38,163 nucleotides of DNA. Origin: a virus. The notes beneath the pieces were generated by a model. That model did not search any database and was not told the origin of the DNA. It saw only the letters and a list, made by a program, of their open reading frames with translations. Made by a program: the position numbers and the translations under genes. Positions 16,622 to 27,432 of the stretch are shown here, in pieces. How positions within the stretch are numbered: the stretch's first letter is position 1; every line of letters begins with the position of its first letter. The DNA lies in the IMG/VR virus record IMGVR_UViG_3300045988_182321, positions 1 through 38,163 of that record. The stretch is one strand, 5' to 3'.

Positions 16622-16999
16622 ATGGATATAACGGATTTTCTCGCGCACGACCGCAAAAAAGAGTTTTTGGTCGGGTATTACAAAAACAGCGAATCCGCGC
16701 CCGAAGCGTATTTTGAGTACGGCATAGAAAGCGATAAAACAACGGCGTATAACATGCTTATCAAAAACGTTATGTCCGCAAGGTCGAATATGATTATTCA
16801 TACGACGTGGGATATGGGCTGGGACACGCTCGGTTTCGTCGAATTACAAGACGGCACCGATTGGCAGGTTGTAGACTATACTTCGAGATTGACAAAACAT
16901 AATCCTAACGTTTTACGCATTATAAAGAGCAATCCTGCAACGGAATACGTCTTGTCGCTCGTTGCGGTGGACAATCCGTTAAAGAATATACCGAAATAA
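16622..16999 (+). CDS. Hypothetical virion protein (125 aa)
   Basis: Start 2 nt after the upstream stop. Confidence 0.6.
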   Translation: MDITDFLAHDRKKEFLVGYYKNSESAPEAYFEYGIESDKTTAYNMLIKNVMSARSNMIIHTTWDMGWDTLGFVELQDGTDWQVVDYTSRLTKHNPNVLRIIKSNPATEYVLSLVAVDNPLKNIPK

Positions 17000-17043
17000 C
17001 GCCGAAAATCAGCCCGTAACGGGTTTTAAGGAGAAAAACGTGA

Positions 17044-17415
17044 ATGACAAGGGAACAATTCCAAAAAAGTTGCAACACGGCATTTTCCGCTTTTCAGGAC
17101 TATGTACCCAATCCGAAAACGAGAGGAAGCGGATATTATATAAACAAGTACGGACATAGGTGTAAATGCTCGACGGGCAATATGGCATTTAATGCGTCGA
17201 AGATAGAGTTCACCGACGACAGGACGTGCAATATTTACGTTGATGAAAACGTTGCACCGTATGTGCCGTACACCAATGAAAAGTGGATTTCGCCGAAATG
17301 GAAAGGAAAAAAGAACCCGAATGAGGGTTGGTTCGGTCGTGCAACTTATGTCGTTGCAAAGAACATCGGCAGACAATTCAGAGTAAGACCGGGGTCAATA
17401 AGGAGAATAAGATGA
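17044..17415 (+). CDS. Hypothetical virion protein, possibly HK97 gp10-like tail completion (123 aa)
   Basis: AAGGAG SD. TGNMAFNASKIEF...VAPYVPYTNE loosely resembles the gp10 family signature. Confidence 0.45.
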   Translation: MTREQFQKSCNTAFSAFQDYVPNPKTRGSGYYINKYGHRCKCSTGNMAFNASKIEFTDDRTCNIYVDENVAPYVPYTNEKWISPKWKGKKNPNEGWFGRATYVVAKNIGRQFRVRPGSIRRIR

Positions 17416-18314
17416 TTTCGATACAGACAATAGCAGAGAGATTGACAAGGGATTTAAACGCGCTTGCGCCCGAAAACGTAGAGTTTGTGATAATGGGCGA
17501 CGGCGGCAGCTATGTACCGTCGATAAGAAAGCCGCGCTCGAATATCGTCATACAGCGTGTAGACGGCGAAGCAGACATTATATCTTCGACAATTACGCCT
17601 GTTAATGGCATAATTGTTGCAACGCAAACGGTGGGTGTGTCGGTGTGCGTGCGTATCGATAAAAGCAAAGGCTTTGACGAAAGCGTGAGATATATCCGCG
17701 AAGCAATAGCAACATATATGAGTACGCCCGTCGTGTTCGACGATACCGTTACAGATGACAAGGGCAATGAACAGACTTACACCGTGACTATGTACGGCTC
17801 ACAGCCCGAAGCGGGTTCGAGAGAAGTACGGCAGAATTACGGCGACAGCATTGACTATAATTGGGTGTGCAATTTCTCGATTGTGCAGAACGGCGTAAAC
17901 AGTCAGAATCAGACGGTAATGTTTGAGGGACAGCCGATTCCGTTCACGAGCCTTGTATTAACGCGAGTACCCGTGACCGACGGCGGCGCGTTCAGCAATA
18001 CGAACGGCGTAGCGAAGTCGTGGCACTCGACTACGGCACTACAAGTGACCGTGACGGTGCCTGCGCTTACCAACAATAACCTTACCAAAGAACACGCCGA
18101 TTATGTGATAAACGGCACCGAAAAGGTGTATGACGTCGTGATTAAGTTCAGCGAACTTACTACGACCGACACATCCGGCAACACCGTCGTAAAAGAGAAC
18201 AAAAAACGAATGATATTCGACGTGGGAAGCATAACGGCGCAACAGATAAACAACGTCGGTATGGAAATAAACCTGTTGGAATACTTCGAGCCGAATGTTT
18301 CGGAGGGGGCGTGA
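17412..18314 (+). CDS. Putative major tail/tube-like structural protein (300 aa)
   Basis: AGGAGAATAAG then ATG 17412 (internal to track ORF 17328). Call rests on position only. Confidence 0.45.
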   Translation: MISIQTIAERLTRDLNALAPENVEFVIMGDGGSYVPSIRKPRSNIVIQRVDGEADIISSTITPVNGIIVATQTVGVSVCVRIDKSKGFDESVRYIREAIATYMSTPVVFDDTVTDDKGNEQTYTVTMYGSQPEAGSREVRQNYGDSIDYNWVCNFSIVQNGVNSQNQTVMFEGQPIPFTSLVLTRVPVTDGGAFSNTNGVAKSWHSTTALQVTVTVPALTNNNLTKEHADYVINGTEKVYDVVIKFSELTTTDTSGNTVVKENKKRMIFDVGSITAQQINNVGMEINLLEYFEPNVSEGA

Positions 18315-18315
18315 T

Positions 18316-18804
18316 ATGGCGGACGGCAGAGAATACACAATAACCATATACGACAAAACGACGGGGCAAGGCTCTCCGATAGCGGGGGAGCAAAACGACG
18401 GCAAGGACACGAAGAACGACAATTCCGCGCCCGATAAAGGCGAAGTCGCTTTCAATTGGATGTCGCTTAAACGCGTAGCGAACTACGCTAAACGCGCTAT
18501 ATCTTACGAAATATCTACCGTTAGTTTAAGAACGGGCGAGAACGAACGTCAACAGCGCATGCAGTTCACCTACGATATTTTAGGACAAACGAGCAGTGCT
18601 ATTACGAATATAGTCATCGGGGCAAAGGTCGGCGGAGTGTACGGAGCGATTGCCGCGGCGGCTTATACCGTTGTTGAAACGAGCATAAGCATAGGACAGA
18701 AAATAGACAGGTTCAATCTTCAAAAGAATTTGGAAAACGTTTCGCTCGGCTTTGCGAGAACGCGGAGCGGCGATTCGCTTGCTTACATAAACGGCGGAAG
18801 ATAA
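18316..18804 (+). CDS. Hypothetical structural protein with hydrophobic G/A-rich segment (162 aa)
   Basis: GGAGGGGG SD then ATG 18316. IGAKVGGVYGAIAAAAYTVV segment. Confidence 0.55.
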   Translation: MADGREYTITIYDKTTGQGSPIAGEQNDGKDTKNDNSAPDKGEVAFNWMSLKRVANYAKRAISYEISTVSLRTGENERQQRMQFTYDILGQTSSAITNIVIGAKVGGVYGAIAAAAYTVVETSISIGQKIDRFNLQKNLENVSLGFARTRSGDSLAYINGGR

Positions 18805-18819
18805 AAGGAGAAAAGGGTA

Positions 18820-19521
18820 ATGAAGAAAAAATCTTTGATAATTCTGTTTGCCGTCGTTATTGCGCTGATGATATTCCCGATACTATGGCAAATACAAATA
18901 GTCAAGGACTACAAGTACGAGTACGAATGGCGAAATGAGGCATATGAACAGGACGTTGCAAACGGCGTTGTTCAGGACGAAGAAAAGATGAACGCTTGGC
19001 TTGGCAAATATAAAACTAAATGGGTAATGCAAAGCGTTGTGCTTGCATTGCTCGTTGTGGGCGAATTTGCTTTAATATGTGTCGAAATAATAACCATATT
19101 CCCGAAAATACTTTTTCCGAAAACTACCGCTATAATACTGCTATGCGTAGGTGCTATGTGCGCTATATGTTTATTCCCGCAAGGCGGTAGAGCGAAACAA
19201 ACAAAGCAAGAGTATAACTCGTGGGCTAAACTCAACACCTGCGGACTTGCCAACGTCGAAAGAGATAAACAAACGATGATGAATATTTGGGGCAACACGC
19301 TCACGGGCGACATTATCGCCGAAATATCCTACGGTGTTCTGTGTCTTGGAACACTTGCAGGCGTGTGTATCGTGTACTCCGAACGACTTCTTTTCTACAA
19401 AAACGCAATCACGCACAAAAACTTCGTAAAAACGGAAGAAAAGCCGACATTTTACGAAGAATTACCCGATTTTGATGACGCATACAACGAAATTTTAAGA
19501 AAAAACGAAAAACAGGGCTAA
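18820..19521 (+). CDS. Polytopic membrane protein (233 aa, about 4 TM)
   Basis: AAGGAGAAAAG SD. Hydrophobic helices at approximately aa 5-25, 70-92, 100-120 and 165-187. Confidence 0.7.
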   Translation: MKKKSLIILFAVVIALMIFPILWQIQIVKDYKYEYEWRNEAYEQDVANGVVQDEEKMNAWLGKYKTKWVMQSVVLALLVVGEFALICVEIITIFPKILFPKTTAIILLCVGAMCAICLFPQGGRAKQTKQEYNSWAKLNTCGLANVERDKQTMMNIWGNTLTGDIIAEISYGVLCLGTLAGVCIVYSERLLFYKNAITHKNFVKTEEKPTFYEELPDFDDAYNEILRKNEKQG

Positions 19522-19526
19522 AACGC

Positions 19527-19566
19527 TTGACTGATAGCAAAATATGTTGTATTTATATGCTATAAT
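19527..19566 (+). promoter_or_regulatory. Promoter region: TTGACT-17-TATTTA plus downstream TGcTATAAT
   Basis: ttgactgatagcaaaatatgttgtattta shares 19 of 23 positions with the promoter at 6870. tgctataat lies at 19558-19566. Confidence 0.55.
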
Positions 19567-19593
19567 TTATTTTATAAAAGGAGAAAAGCAAGT

Positions 19594-20013
19594 ATGAAAA
19601 AGAGGGTAATTTCAGGCGTTATTGTGATAATAATAGCGATAGGCGGCACTATTGCCATGAATACTGTGGGGATATTCAAAGGCTCACCGTATGTTGCTGT
19701 GGATGAAACCGAGTATTTTAGCTATGTTTCTTATACCTTTTATGAAAATACATATAAGGAAGAGCATATATTTCGCACCGAAAACAATAAAATTTCATCG
19801 AGCAACGATTTTTACACAAAACAAGCAAATGAAATTAAATTCGGGACATATGAATCTGGCAAAGGGCGAATAAGTCCCTATAAGCTTGTCATAAATGATA
19901 CTAAATATATAAACAAAACCGCTATTTGGACACAAATTGGGTTAGTCGTAGTGCTTATATTCGGGGTTATAGAAATAGTAATTGCGAGAATATCTGAAAA
20001 GAAGCAAAATTAA
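19594..20013 (+). CDS. Bitopic membrane protein: N-terminal signal-anchor and C-terminal TM (139 aa); moron
   Basis: AAGGAGAAAAG SD, own promoter and terminator. Visibly AT-richer than its neighbours. Confidence 0.7.
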   Translation: MKKRVISGVIVIIIAIGGTIAMNTVGIFKGSPYVAVDETEYFSYVSYTFYENTYKEEHIFRTENNKISSSNDFYTKQANEIKFGTYESGKGRISPYKLVINDTKYINKTAIWTQIGLVVVLIFGVIEIVIARISEKKQN

Positions 20014-20019
20014 AAATAC

Positions 20020-20044
20020 AGCAAGCCGAAAGGCTTGCTTTTTT
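20020..20044 (+). terminator. Rho-independent terminator
   Basis: AGCAAGCC-gaaa-GGCTTGCT followed by ttttt. Confidence 0.85.
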
Positions 20045-20058
20045 AATAGGAGAAAAGA

Positions 20059-23000
20059 ATGGAACTACTAAAATTCAACAGATTAAAGGTCTTAATTGAC
20101 GGCACGGATTATACAAATCACGTGCCGTTTCCTTTTAAGTGGAGTGCGCTTTTAGATGAACAACTCGACGAAGCGGCACTCGAACTTATGCGCGTGCCGA
20201 TAGACAACTTTGAACCGCTTCTCGATGTCGTTGTAAAAGTATGGAACGATAGCGACGAAACAAGAGTTATAACGCATAATATGTTAGTCGCAAACGATGA
20301 GGCGCACGAAATCCCGCCGGGAAGCGGAAAGTACAATCATACGTTGTATCTGATAGAAGAAACAAAGTATTTGGAGGGATTTTACGTTCGGTCGCACGGC
20401 TATGTAAACACTCTCAATAATTATTACACCCCGATTTTGAAATCACCAACATTGCGAGCATATAGCGGAGATACAGCGTCGGGAACGGCAAGCGGTTCAA
20501 TTCGATATTACAATGTTGCTGACATCGGGTCACCGTTTCTTGAAACGGTAGTCCAAATTCCGACTTGCAGACAAATTTTAACGCAAAAAAACGATTATGC
20601 AATTACACTATACGATAAAGCGGTTGCACCGGTCGAGGATTATCAAAAAAATTACATCTTGGTAGAGCAAGGCGGCGAAATTGTCTTTGATTCAAGAACC
20701 GATACGGATATAGATGTAACTAAGCTCGGCACAATAACCGTCGATTTGTCGTTGGGTATGGTAAATCTCGTTTATAACCTATATGGAAGCGTAAACAACG
20801 GCACTACATCCTCGACAGCAAAGATAATATCGTGTGCTTATACCTATGCGCTAACAGTTGTTGATACAGCCGCTTTACCGAAAGCTTGGACTGCTCGTTC
20901 GGTAATAGAGCGGGCTTTGATTTTAGCTGAACCGCTCCGTGTGGGTGATTGCCCTCGTTTTTGGCTCAATCCAACGCAAGCCGCAGAGTTTGAAAAAATT
21001 GCAGTTCCCGAATTTCAGTTCACGCAATCCAATTTGCGCGAGATATTGCAAGGCGTAGGACAATATATACACGGTGAGCCGAGATTAAAAGGACACGAGA
21101 TTTACTACGATATGTACGGTAGTTCGGAGCAGACCGAGCCGTACAGCGTATACGCGGCAAAGGAAGTATCGCGCACTCTTGACAGATACACTACAAATAT
21201 CGACAGTAGTGTGGGAAATCTTGTTAATTCACTCGGATATGCAAAGGGCGTGTTTGTAGAGCCTTTTGCGGGTGCGGCACTGTCTATGCGTTGCGAAACG
21301 ATGTATGCGCGAGTAACCGAAGATAATATGATATTCCCAACGAAATTCGCGGTAAACAGCGTTGAGAAGTTTGAGTATTACGACGACACAAACAACAAAT
21401 TTTGGGATATCACGCCTTATGTTTTTGAAACGGCAGATTATAATCAGATGTCATCGTATGAGGACGCATACCCATATGCAAAAGCGTATGCTTTGTATTA
21501 CACAAGAGGCGGACGAGGAATAAAAGGTTTTAATTTCAAAGAAGAAAATGCAATTTCTCCTGTCTTTGAGAAATATTCCATAGTTAATATACTTACAGCT
21601 GTTATGGGAAGCAATCCGAATATTTCATTATACCCGAAAATGCAATTCCGCATAACCTATCAGGCGTTTATGCCGGCGAGAGTTCAGCAGAATAAGTCGC
21701 TTATTGTGGCGAAGAAGCATTTCACTACGGCGTATAATCAAGGGCAGAACGTTGTCGAAAGTAGATACTACGGAGAAAATCTCAAAGGCGTTGTCGCTCG
21801 TTTGGGTAATGTAGATAAGACTGTAACGGTGGTAAAGCAAGGGCTTCCTATTATCCCGAAAGTCGGCACGCTTTACGACGACGATTATTACATTTCTACC
21901 GTTGCCGTCGAGATACATCCGCAAACGACAAAAATAACACTTGCGCTTTCGCAAGACTTCAACAGATATTCGGCTTACGTTTCGCTCAATAGGCAAAAGC
22001 GACAGTACGAAATAAGCGAAAAGGCGGCATATGAAAGCACGGTTTCATATCGTGATTACTGTATAATCGGCGACAATGCTTCTGTATACGGTGACGCGCT
22101 TGCTTCCATTAGTAATGTTGTAAAGTTTATAAATAGCCCTGACGAATCAGATAAAAGTTTGACTTTGGCAATTTTTGAGGGTTTAAGCAAAAACGATAAG
22201 ACATGCGGTAAGCGTGCATTGGCTGTCCAAGCAGTCGCTTCCGGTAACGCCGCAGTGTTTTTAACCAAATATGCCGATAACTATTCTGCCGGCGATTCGG
22301 CACTTATGATTGATAATAAAGCCAAAGGCTATTTCCAACAAGGAGTTCAATATACCGACGCTCTCGGTGATATTGAAAAATTACGGCTTGATTATTATAC
22401 CGGAGGCACTCCGCTTGCAGACCATGAGTTCGACCTTGCAAGTTCGTTGCCGAGTACTAAATTTTTACAGCCCGACGGGTCGCCGCTTATAACTACGGGA
22501 AATAATCCGTTATGGGTTAAGAAAGGTTCGACGGAAAGTTTAGGGGTAAACTACCAAATAGATTTTGTAAGCAATCGCCGAAGTATTATTATCGGAAGCG
22601 GATTTGCAAAGTACTGCTCGCTCGTGAACGGATATGACGATTCGGCAATATGGTTGTGGATAAGCAAAAAACGGTTGAATAAATTCGAGAGCATATATGA
22701 TATTTCACAAAGCTTTCGCATAAGCTTCCCGGGCTTTGATATATCCGCTGACGGGCGCAGGGCTTTTTTCAAGCCGTTTGTACTTACGGATAATTACGGC
22801 GATATAAAATCGTGGGCATTGGTTAAAAACGGAGAAGTTATTTTCGGTGAAAACAAAACTTATATTGTAAATGAAAACATATTTGAGGGCTTGCAAATAA
22901 CAATGACACACGACTATTTACAGCCCGCCTATTTGCAAAAAACTACTGCAATCGTTTCGGTCACTCCTACAAGTGCCGGCAAAATGTTTGCGGTAGATTA

Positions 23001-23145
23001 CACCACCGCATATGACAATAGCGTTTGGATAAGTACGGATAAATTTTCGGCAAAACAAGACGAAAACGGTATATGGCATGTGGTCGGGAAAACCTATCAT
23101 CCAGATACAGTAAACGTAGAATTATCAATCTTTACATGGAGGTAA
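20059..23145 (+). CDS. Large tail/baseplate-associated structural protein (1028 aa)
   Basis: AGGAGAAAAG SD, size, position. Composition is not helix-rich or tape-measure-like. Confidence 0.6.
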   Translation: MELLKFNRLKVLIDGTDYTNHVPFPFKWSALLDEQLDEAALELMRVPIDNFEPLLDVVVKVWNDSDETRVITHNMLVANDEAHEIPPGSGKYNHTLYLIEETKYLEGFYVRSHGYVNTLNNYYTPILKSPTLRAYSGDTASGTASGSIRYYNVADIGSPFLETVVQIPTCRQILTQKNDYAITLYDKAVAPVEDYQKNYILVEQGGEIVFDSRTDTDIDVTKLGTITVDLSLGMVNLVYNLYGSVNNGTTSSTAKIISCAYTYALTVVDTAALPKAWTARSVIERALILAEPLRVGDCPRFWLNPTQAAEFEKIAVPEFQFTQSNLREILQGVGQYIHGEPRLKGHEIYYDMYGSSEQTEPYSVYAAKEVSRTLDRYTTNIDSSVGNLVNSLGYAKGVFVEPFAGAALSMRCETMYARVTEDNMIFPTKFAVNSVEKFEYYDDTNNKFWDITPYVFETADYNQMSSYEDAYPYAKAYALYYTRGGRGIKGFNFKEENAISPVFEKYSIVNILTAVMGSNPNISLYPKMQFRITYQAFMPARVQQNKSLIVAKKHFTTAYNQGQNVVESRYYGENLKGVVARLGNVDKTVTVVKQGLPIIPKVGTLYDDDYYISTVAVEIHPQTTKITLALSQDFNRYSAYVSLNRQKRQYEISEKAAYESTVSYRDYCIIGDNASVYGDALASISNVVKFINSPDESDKSLTLAIFEGLSKNDKTCGKRALAVQAVASGNAAVFLTKYADNYSAGDSALMIDNKAKGYFQQGVQYTDALGDIEKLRLDYYTGGTPLADHEFDLASSLPSTKFLQPDGSPLITTGNNPLWVKKGSTESLGVNYQIDFVSNRRSIIIGSGFAKYCSLVNGYDDSAIWLWISKKRLNKFESIYDISQSFRISFPGFDISADGRRAFFKPFVLTDNYGDIKSWALVKNGEVIFGENKTYIVNENIFEGLQITMTHDYLQPAYLQKTTAIVSVTPTSAGKMFAVDYTTAYDNSVWISTDKFSAKQDENGIWHVVGKTYHPDTVNVELSIFTWR

Positions 23146-23149
23146 AAAT

Positions 23150-23368
23150 ATGGACAAAGAGAAGATAGCACAGGCAATACTGGCGATTCGCGGAGCGCGT
23201 GACGAAGCGGACACGATAGCGGAATACCTTGCGCGATTAGCCGAGCAACCCGATACAAGCGAAATCGAGGACGAGTATACGGAGATTATCGGCGACGAGT
23301 TTAACCACATTATCAAATTCACGGAGTTAGCCTCGGAACTCTGCGGAATAGATATACCGGAGGATTGA
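23150..23368 (+). CDS. Small acidic helical protein (72 aa)
   Basis: GGAGG SD. Confidence 0.6.
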   Translation: MDKEKIAQAILAIRGARDEADTIAEYLARLAEQPDTSEIEDEYTEIIGDEFNHIIKFTELASELCGIDIPED

Positions 23369-23369
23369 T

Positions 23370-24263
23370 ATGCTTATAGTACTTGACCAAAATTACCGTC
23401 CGATAGCGACGAGCGATATGACCATAACGCAGGGTGACGCGGCACTCGGCAGACTGCTTGTCGTCGCTCCGCCTGCGGTCGGAATTGCGGCTTCGTTTCA
23501 ATTGCCCGATGAAACGATAACGCAAAAATATCCGTTGTTTATGAACCCGGCAAAAGTTCCTGACGAAGTGGATTACTATGTGTATTCGCTGAACGTAAAG
23601 AGCAATATTTTTTCGGGTGTTTCGGGTAAACTGCTGATACAACTTTGGATATCCATACCGTACGCAGACCCGAACCAAGACTTTACGTCTATTACAGGCG
23701 CGGCAGAAACGGCGCAAGAGTTTTCTGTTGACCCGATAGAAATGAACGTGCTTCGAGGCGCGGTAACCATTCCGCAGGTCGGCAAAGACATACCCTCGGA
23801 CGAAACGTGGACGGCTCTTTTGAACGGCATTGCTACTCTCAATTCGGTAGTGTCGGATATGTCAAAACATTCCGTCAAAGCAATTTCAGGCGTTGAGAAC
23901 ATGTGGACGCTCGGCACGGGTTATTACAAACTACTTGTCGGAGGGCTGATAAGACTTAAATTTTTAAGCACCACAGACGCGTTGTGGGACAAAAACGAAG
24001 ATATGCTCGTGTGGGTAGACAACAAAACGGGCAAGAACGCAACGTTTATCGCAATGAACGCTCCAAACAGGGACAGTACGGGAGGAATGCCGAGTAATCC
24101 GACATTTATCTACGGTTATTCATACAATAACGGTTCGGCTTATTCTCGTAAAACTTTCGAGCTTAAAACCTATGCTGAACCATACACGGCAGGCTATGGC
24201 ATAAATATAACCGGGCAAGAAATAAGCGTGTCGTTGCCGCTTGCGGAAACTCAAAGCGTATAA
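23370..24263 (+). CDS. Hypothetical tail-associated protein (297 aa)
   Basis: GGAGGA SD. Lies between the two large tail genes. Confidence 0.6.
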   Translation: MLIVLDQNYRPIATSDMTITQGDAALGRLLVVAPPAVGIAASFQLPDETITQKYPLFMNPAKVPDEVDYYVYSLNVKSNIFSGVSGKLLIQLWISIPYADPNQDFTSITGAAETAQEFSVDPIEMNVLRGAVTIPQVGKDIPSDETWTALLNGIATLNSVVSDMSKHSVKAISGVENMWTLGTGYYKLLVGGLIRLKFLSTTDALWDKNEDMLVWVDNKTGKNATFIAMNAPNRDSTGGMPSNPTFIYGYSYNNGSAYSRKTFELKTYAEPYTAGYGINITGQEISVSLPLAETQSV

Positions 24264-24273
24264 GGAGGCATAA

Positions 24274-27200
24274 ATGGCAGATTGGATAATCAAAGATACA
24301 ACGCTCCGAAGAATAGCGGATAAGGTACGAGGTCTTAACGATTCGGGCGCAAAAATGCTTGTTAAAAACATAGCAGATAATATACCCGAAAAGCAGGATA
24401 AGAACGTTTCTATAACCGAGAACGGCACGCAAACCATAAGACCTGATAACGGCAAGATTTTAGGCGACGTTATTATAGAAACCAATGTCGAGGGCGGCAA
24501 TAAACCCGAACAGGCAAAGACGATAAACGTCACGGCAAACGGCACGCAAACTGTCAAGCCTGATACGGGGAAAACATTATCGCAAGTAACTGTAATAACC
24601 AATGTCGAGGGGAGCGAAATTGTTTTGCAAGAAAAAACGGTAAGCCCGTCGGTGGAACAACAGCAAGTCCGCGCAGACCCCGGATATACGGCTTTAAGCC
24701 AAGTTACCGTTGAGCCTGTATTAACGGAAGAAAAAACCGTTACGCCTGCCGCAACGGAGTTTTATGTTTTGCCGACTACGGGTAAATACCTTACTCGTGT
24801 TAAGGTAAATGCCGTACCGGCAGAAGAGAAAACTATTACCGCGAACGGAGAATATATACCGGGGGACGGGGTTTTTTTCTCAAAAGTGACTGTCAACGTG
24901 CCGAAAGCCGAAACGCAGGTTAAGACGGTAGATATTACCGAGAACAATAAGACGGTATATATTTTCCCCGATTCGGGCAAAACATTAAGCCACGTTGTTG
25001 CAAACGTAAAAGTACCGGGTACGGATTTTGGGCAAGTCACGGCGGAAGCGGCAGATGTACGGCAAGGCAAGGTGTTTTTTGATAAAACCGGGTCAAAAAC
25101 ATATGGAGCTATGCCGACATACAACGGCGAGTTTTTTGCAGGGCTATACCCCCCGACGGTTTCCGTAGCGAGCAACACGCTTATGTGGTCGGCGGTTGAG
25201 GGCGCGGAGGGTTACAGGATATATAAGCAAGTATCTTCTTCCGAATGGGAGATGATAGCCGAACAAAGCGCAACAGAATACAACTTGCTTAATATGGCTG
25301 TCGGAAATTATACATTGTATGTAACAGCATATGCGGATATTCTTGAAAGCCCGAACAGCAATATCGTACAATGGGTAAAAGCTTCTTTGAAATACACATT
25401 AAGCAATATAAGCGTAAAAGACGCGCCCACGTACTTTACAACAAACACGCCTGCAACGATAACGTTTGAAAGGGCGTTCGGCTATGTTTTGCCGACAAGC
25501 GTAACGGTAGATACGGCGCAACAGAACTCTTATACAAACGGAGTACTTGTCATATCTCAACCGACGAGCGCAGAAGTCACGATAACGGCAAGCGGCGTAA
25601 AAGATACGAGCGCGACGATAGAGGCGGGCAGTTATCAGTTTGCGGCGAAAATTACCGCTATAAAAGAAACTCTCGAAGAAACGGTGAACTTCACCTATGC
25701 TTCTGCTGGCACAACGAATACTTATACGGCAATAGTCGCACAACAAAACGGGGCGATTGTATTTAAGAACGGCGATACAAACGAGCAAGTGTATAACGGC
25801 ACGACTTGGAATACAACTGCTCGGACTATCACAGTAACATCGACGGCGCATGTAAGTGCTGATTTCTTAGAATGGTTTAACAATGCCATGCAGAAAAAGC
25901 TTTCCGCGCCAGTTATACAAATTACTTCTGACGGGATTATATCGTGGAGCGCAGTGAGCAATGCTACTTCTTACGATATTCGTGACGGGGCGACTGTAAT
26001 TGCGACAACGACATATACAAACTTTGATATCAACCCGTATGGCAAAACAATGGGTGCCGGTGAACACAATATTACAGTCGTAGCAAAGGCTGATTACTTC
26101 TCCGACAGCGTACCGAGCAATACTGTTGTTTATACAGTATACAGTTTAACCACACCTGCAAACGTACAAATTCAAGCGCAAGGTTCAGACGAAGTTTTGT
26201 CTTGGGATTACACGGATAGTAACGCTACGGGAGCAGACATTTATGAAGAAACCACACAAGGCGTTTACACAAAGTTGGGTAGCGTAACAAGGGACGACAG
26301 TTCTCCGCAGTATGCAATTTCCTCAACGGAAAGTCTAAGTATAGGGTCACATAATTATGTCGTAAAAAGCACCAATTCTGTTGGAAAATATGCGGACAGC
26401 GCGTATAGTTCCCCGGCGACAGTCGGAATATACAAGCTTGCGTGGAACACTATCGGCATAGTAAAGCCGTCGAGGAATATTATCGCCAACAACGAAACTT
26501 ATACAACCACGATAGTTGCCGATAGCGGCTCGGAACTGCCCGAAACGATAGACGTGCAAGGTGCTTCGCACACGTGGAACGCTACGAGCGGACTGCTCCA
26601 AATATCCAATGTAACGGCTACATCGTATCAAACGGGCGTTACTGTAATTATTAACGCAGTCGCAAATGCTAAGATTGAGGCAGGCACATATTATTGGATA
26701 ACCGACCCGACGTTATCCTCAACTTATATAGAAGCGAATTTCACGTTCAAGAGCGGTGGCACGACATACACAAAGCTTTCTTCGGGTAACAGTGATTTTA
26801 TCAAGTACAACAATACTACCGTGTATTCGATGTCAGGCGGCGCGACTTGGGAGCCTGAAACCGCAAGAATTATTACAATATCTTCCGACCAATATATACC
26901 GCAGACGGCGTACGACTTTTTCTTTGCGAATAGCTTGAAAAAGCAATTAAGCACGCCGACCGTTAATGCGTATAATTACGAGATAACGTGGAGCAAATCG
27001 ACGGGCGCGACGGAATACGAAATATACGTAGACGGAACAAAATTCGGAAGCGTATACGACATTCACGATTTTTTAGCCGCTACGAAAGCTGGCTTTAATT
27101 TTGATAATACAACGTTGACCTTCACTCGAATGGATTATAATTATAGCGCAAGTCCAAGCATTTCTGGCAAGAATTACAAATTTGTTTTAAGTAGCGGTGC

Positions 27201-27420
27201 ATATTGGAAAGTGGATTGCGGTGCCGGCGCGCACGTGTACTACAATTCGGGTGGAATGATGAGCAGTGATGTCACGATGAACATAGGAACCGCATTTGCT
27301 GTTTCGGACGGTGGTACTATTACAAGCGTTTTAGTATCAACCAATAACGGCTCATCTTGGACGGAATTAACTGATTTAACCGAGTTGTCTAACGTGTATG
27401 TGGAATTTGATATTGCATAA
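24274..27420 (+). CDS. Tail fibre / receptor-binding protein with about 30-aa N-terminal repeats and four FN3-like modules (1048 aa)
   Basis: Repeats such as ITENGTQTIRPDNGKILGDVIIETNVEG and VTANGTQTVKPDTGKTLSQVTVITNVEG. FN3-like starts at PPTVSVASNTLMWSAVEGAEGYRIY, LSAPVIQITSDGIISWSAVSNATSYDI, LTTPANVQIQ...WDY and LSTPTVNAYNYEITWSKSTGATEYEIY. Confidence 0.75.
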   Translation: MADWIIKDTTLRRIADKVRGLNDSGAKMLVKNIADNIPEKQDKNVSITENGTQTIRPDNGKILGDVIIETNVEGGNKPEQAKTINVTANGTQTVKPDTGKTLSQVTVITNVEGSEIVLQEKTVSPSVEQQQVRADPGYTALSQVTVEPVLTEEKTVTPAATEFYVLPTTGKYLTRVKVNAVPAEEKTITANGEYIPGDGVFFSKVTVNVPKAETQVKTVDITENNKTVYIFPDSGKTLSHVVANVKVPGTDFGQVTAEAADVRQGKVFFDKTGSKTYGAMPTYNGEFFAGLYPPTVSVASNTLMWSAVEGAEGYRIYKQVSSSEWEMIAEQSATEYNLLNMAVGNYTLYVTAYADILESPNSNIVQWVKASLKYTLSNISVKDAPTYFTTNTPATITFERAFGYVLPTSVTVDTAQQNSYTNGVLVISQPTSAEVTITASGVKDTSATIEAGSYQFAAKITAIKETLEETVNFTYASAGTTNTYTAIVAQQNGAIVFKNGDTNEQVYNGTTWNTTARTITVTSTAHVSADFLEWFNNAMQKKLSAPVIQITSDGIISWSAVSNATSYDIRDGATVIATTTYTNFDINPYGKTMGAGEHNITVVAKADYFSDSVPSNTVVYTVYSLTTPANVQIQAQGSDEVLSWDYTDSNATGADIYEETTQGVYTKLGSVTRDDSSPQYAISSTESLSIGSHNYVVKSTNSVGKYADSAYSSPATVGIYKLAWNTIGIVKPSRNIIANNETYTTTIVADSGSELPETIDVQGASHTWNATSGLLQISNVTATSYQTGVTVIINAVANAKIEAGTYYWITDPTLSSTYIEANFTFKSGGTTYTKLSSGNSDFIKYNNTTVYSMSGGATWEPETARIITISSDQYIPQTAYDFFFANSLKKQLSTPTVNAYNYEITWSKSTGATEYEIYVDGTKFGSVYDIHDFLAATKAGFNFDNTTLTFTRMDYNYSASPSISGKNYKFVLSSGAYWKVDCGAGAHVYYNSGGMMSSDVTMNIGTAFAVSDGGTITSVLVSTNNGSSWTELTDLTELSNVYVEFDIA

Positions 27421-27432
27421 TCAGGAGGATTT

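Noticed and set aside
24120-24602. 160-aa minus-strand ORF spanning a forward gene junction
   Set aside because: It is antisense to two strongly supported tail genes and has no SD. It is a likely chance open frame.
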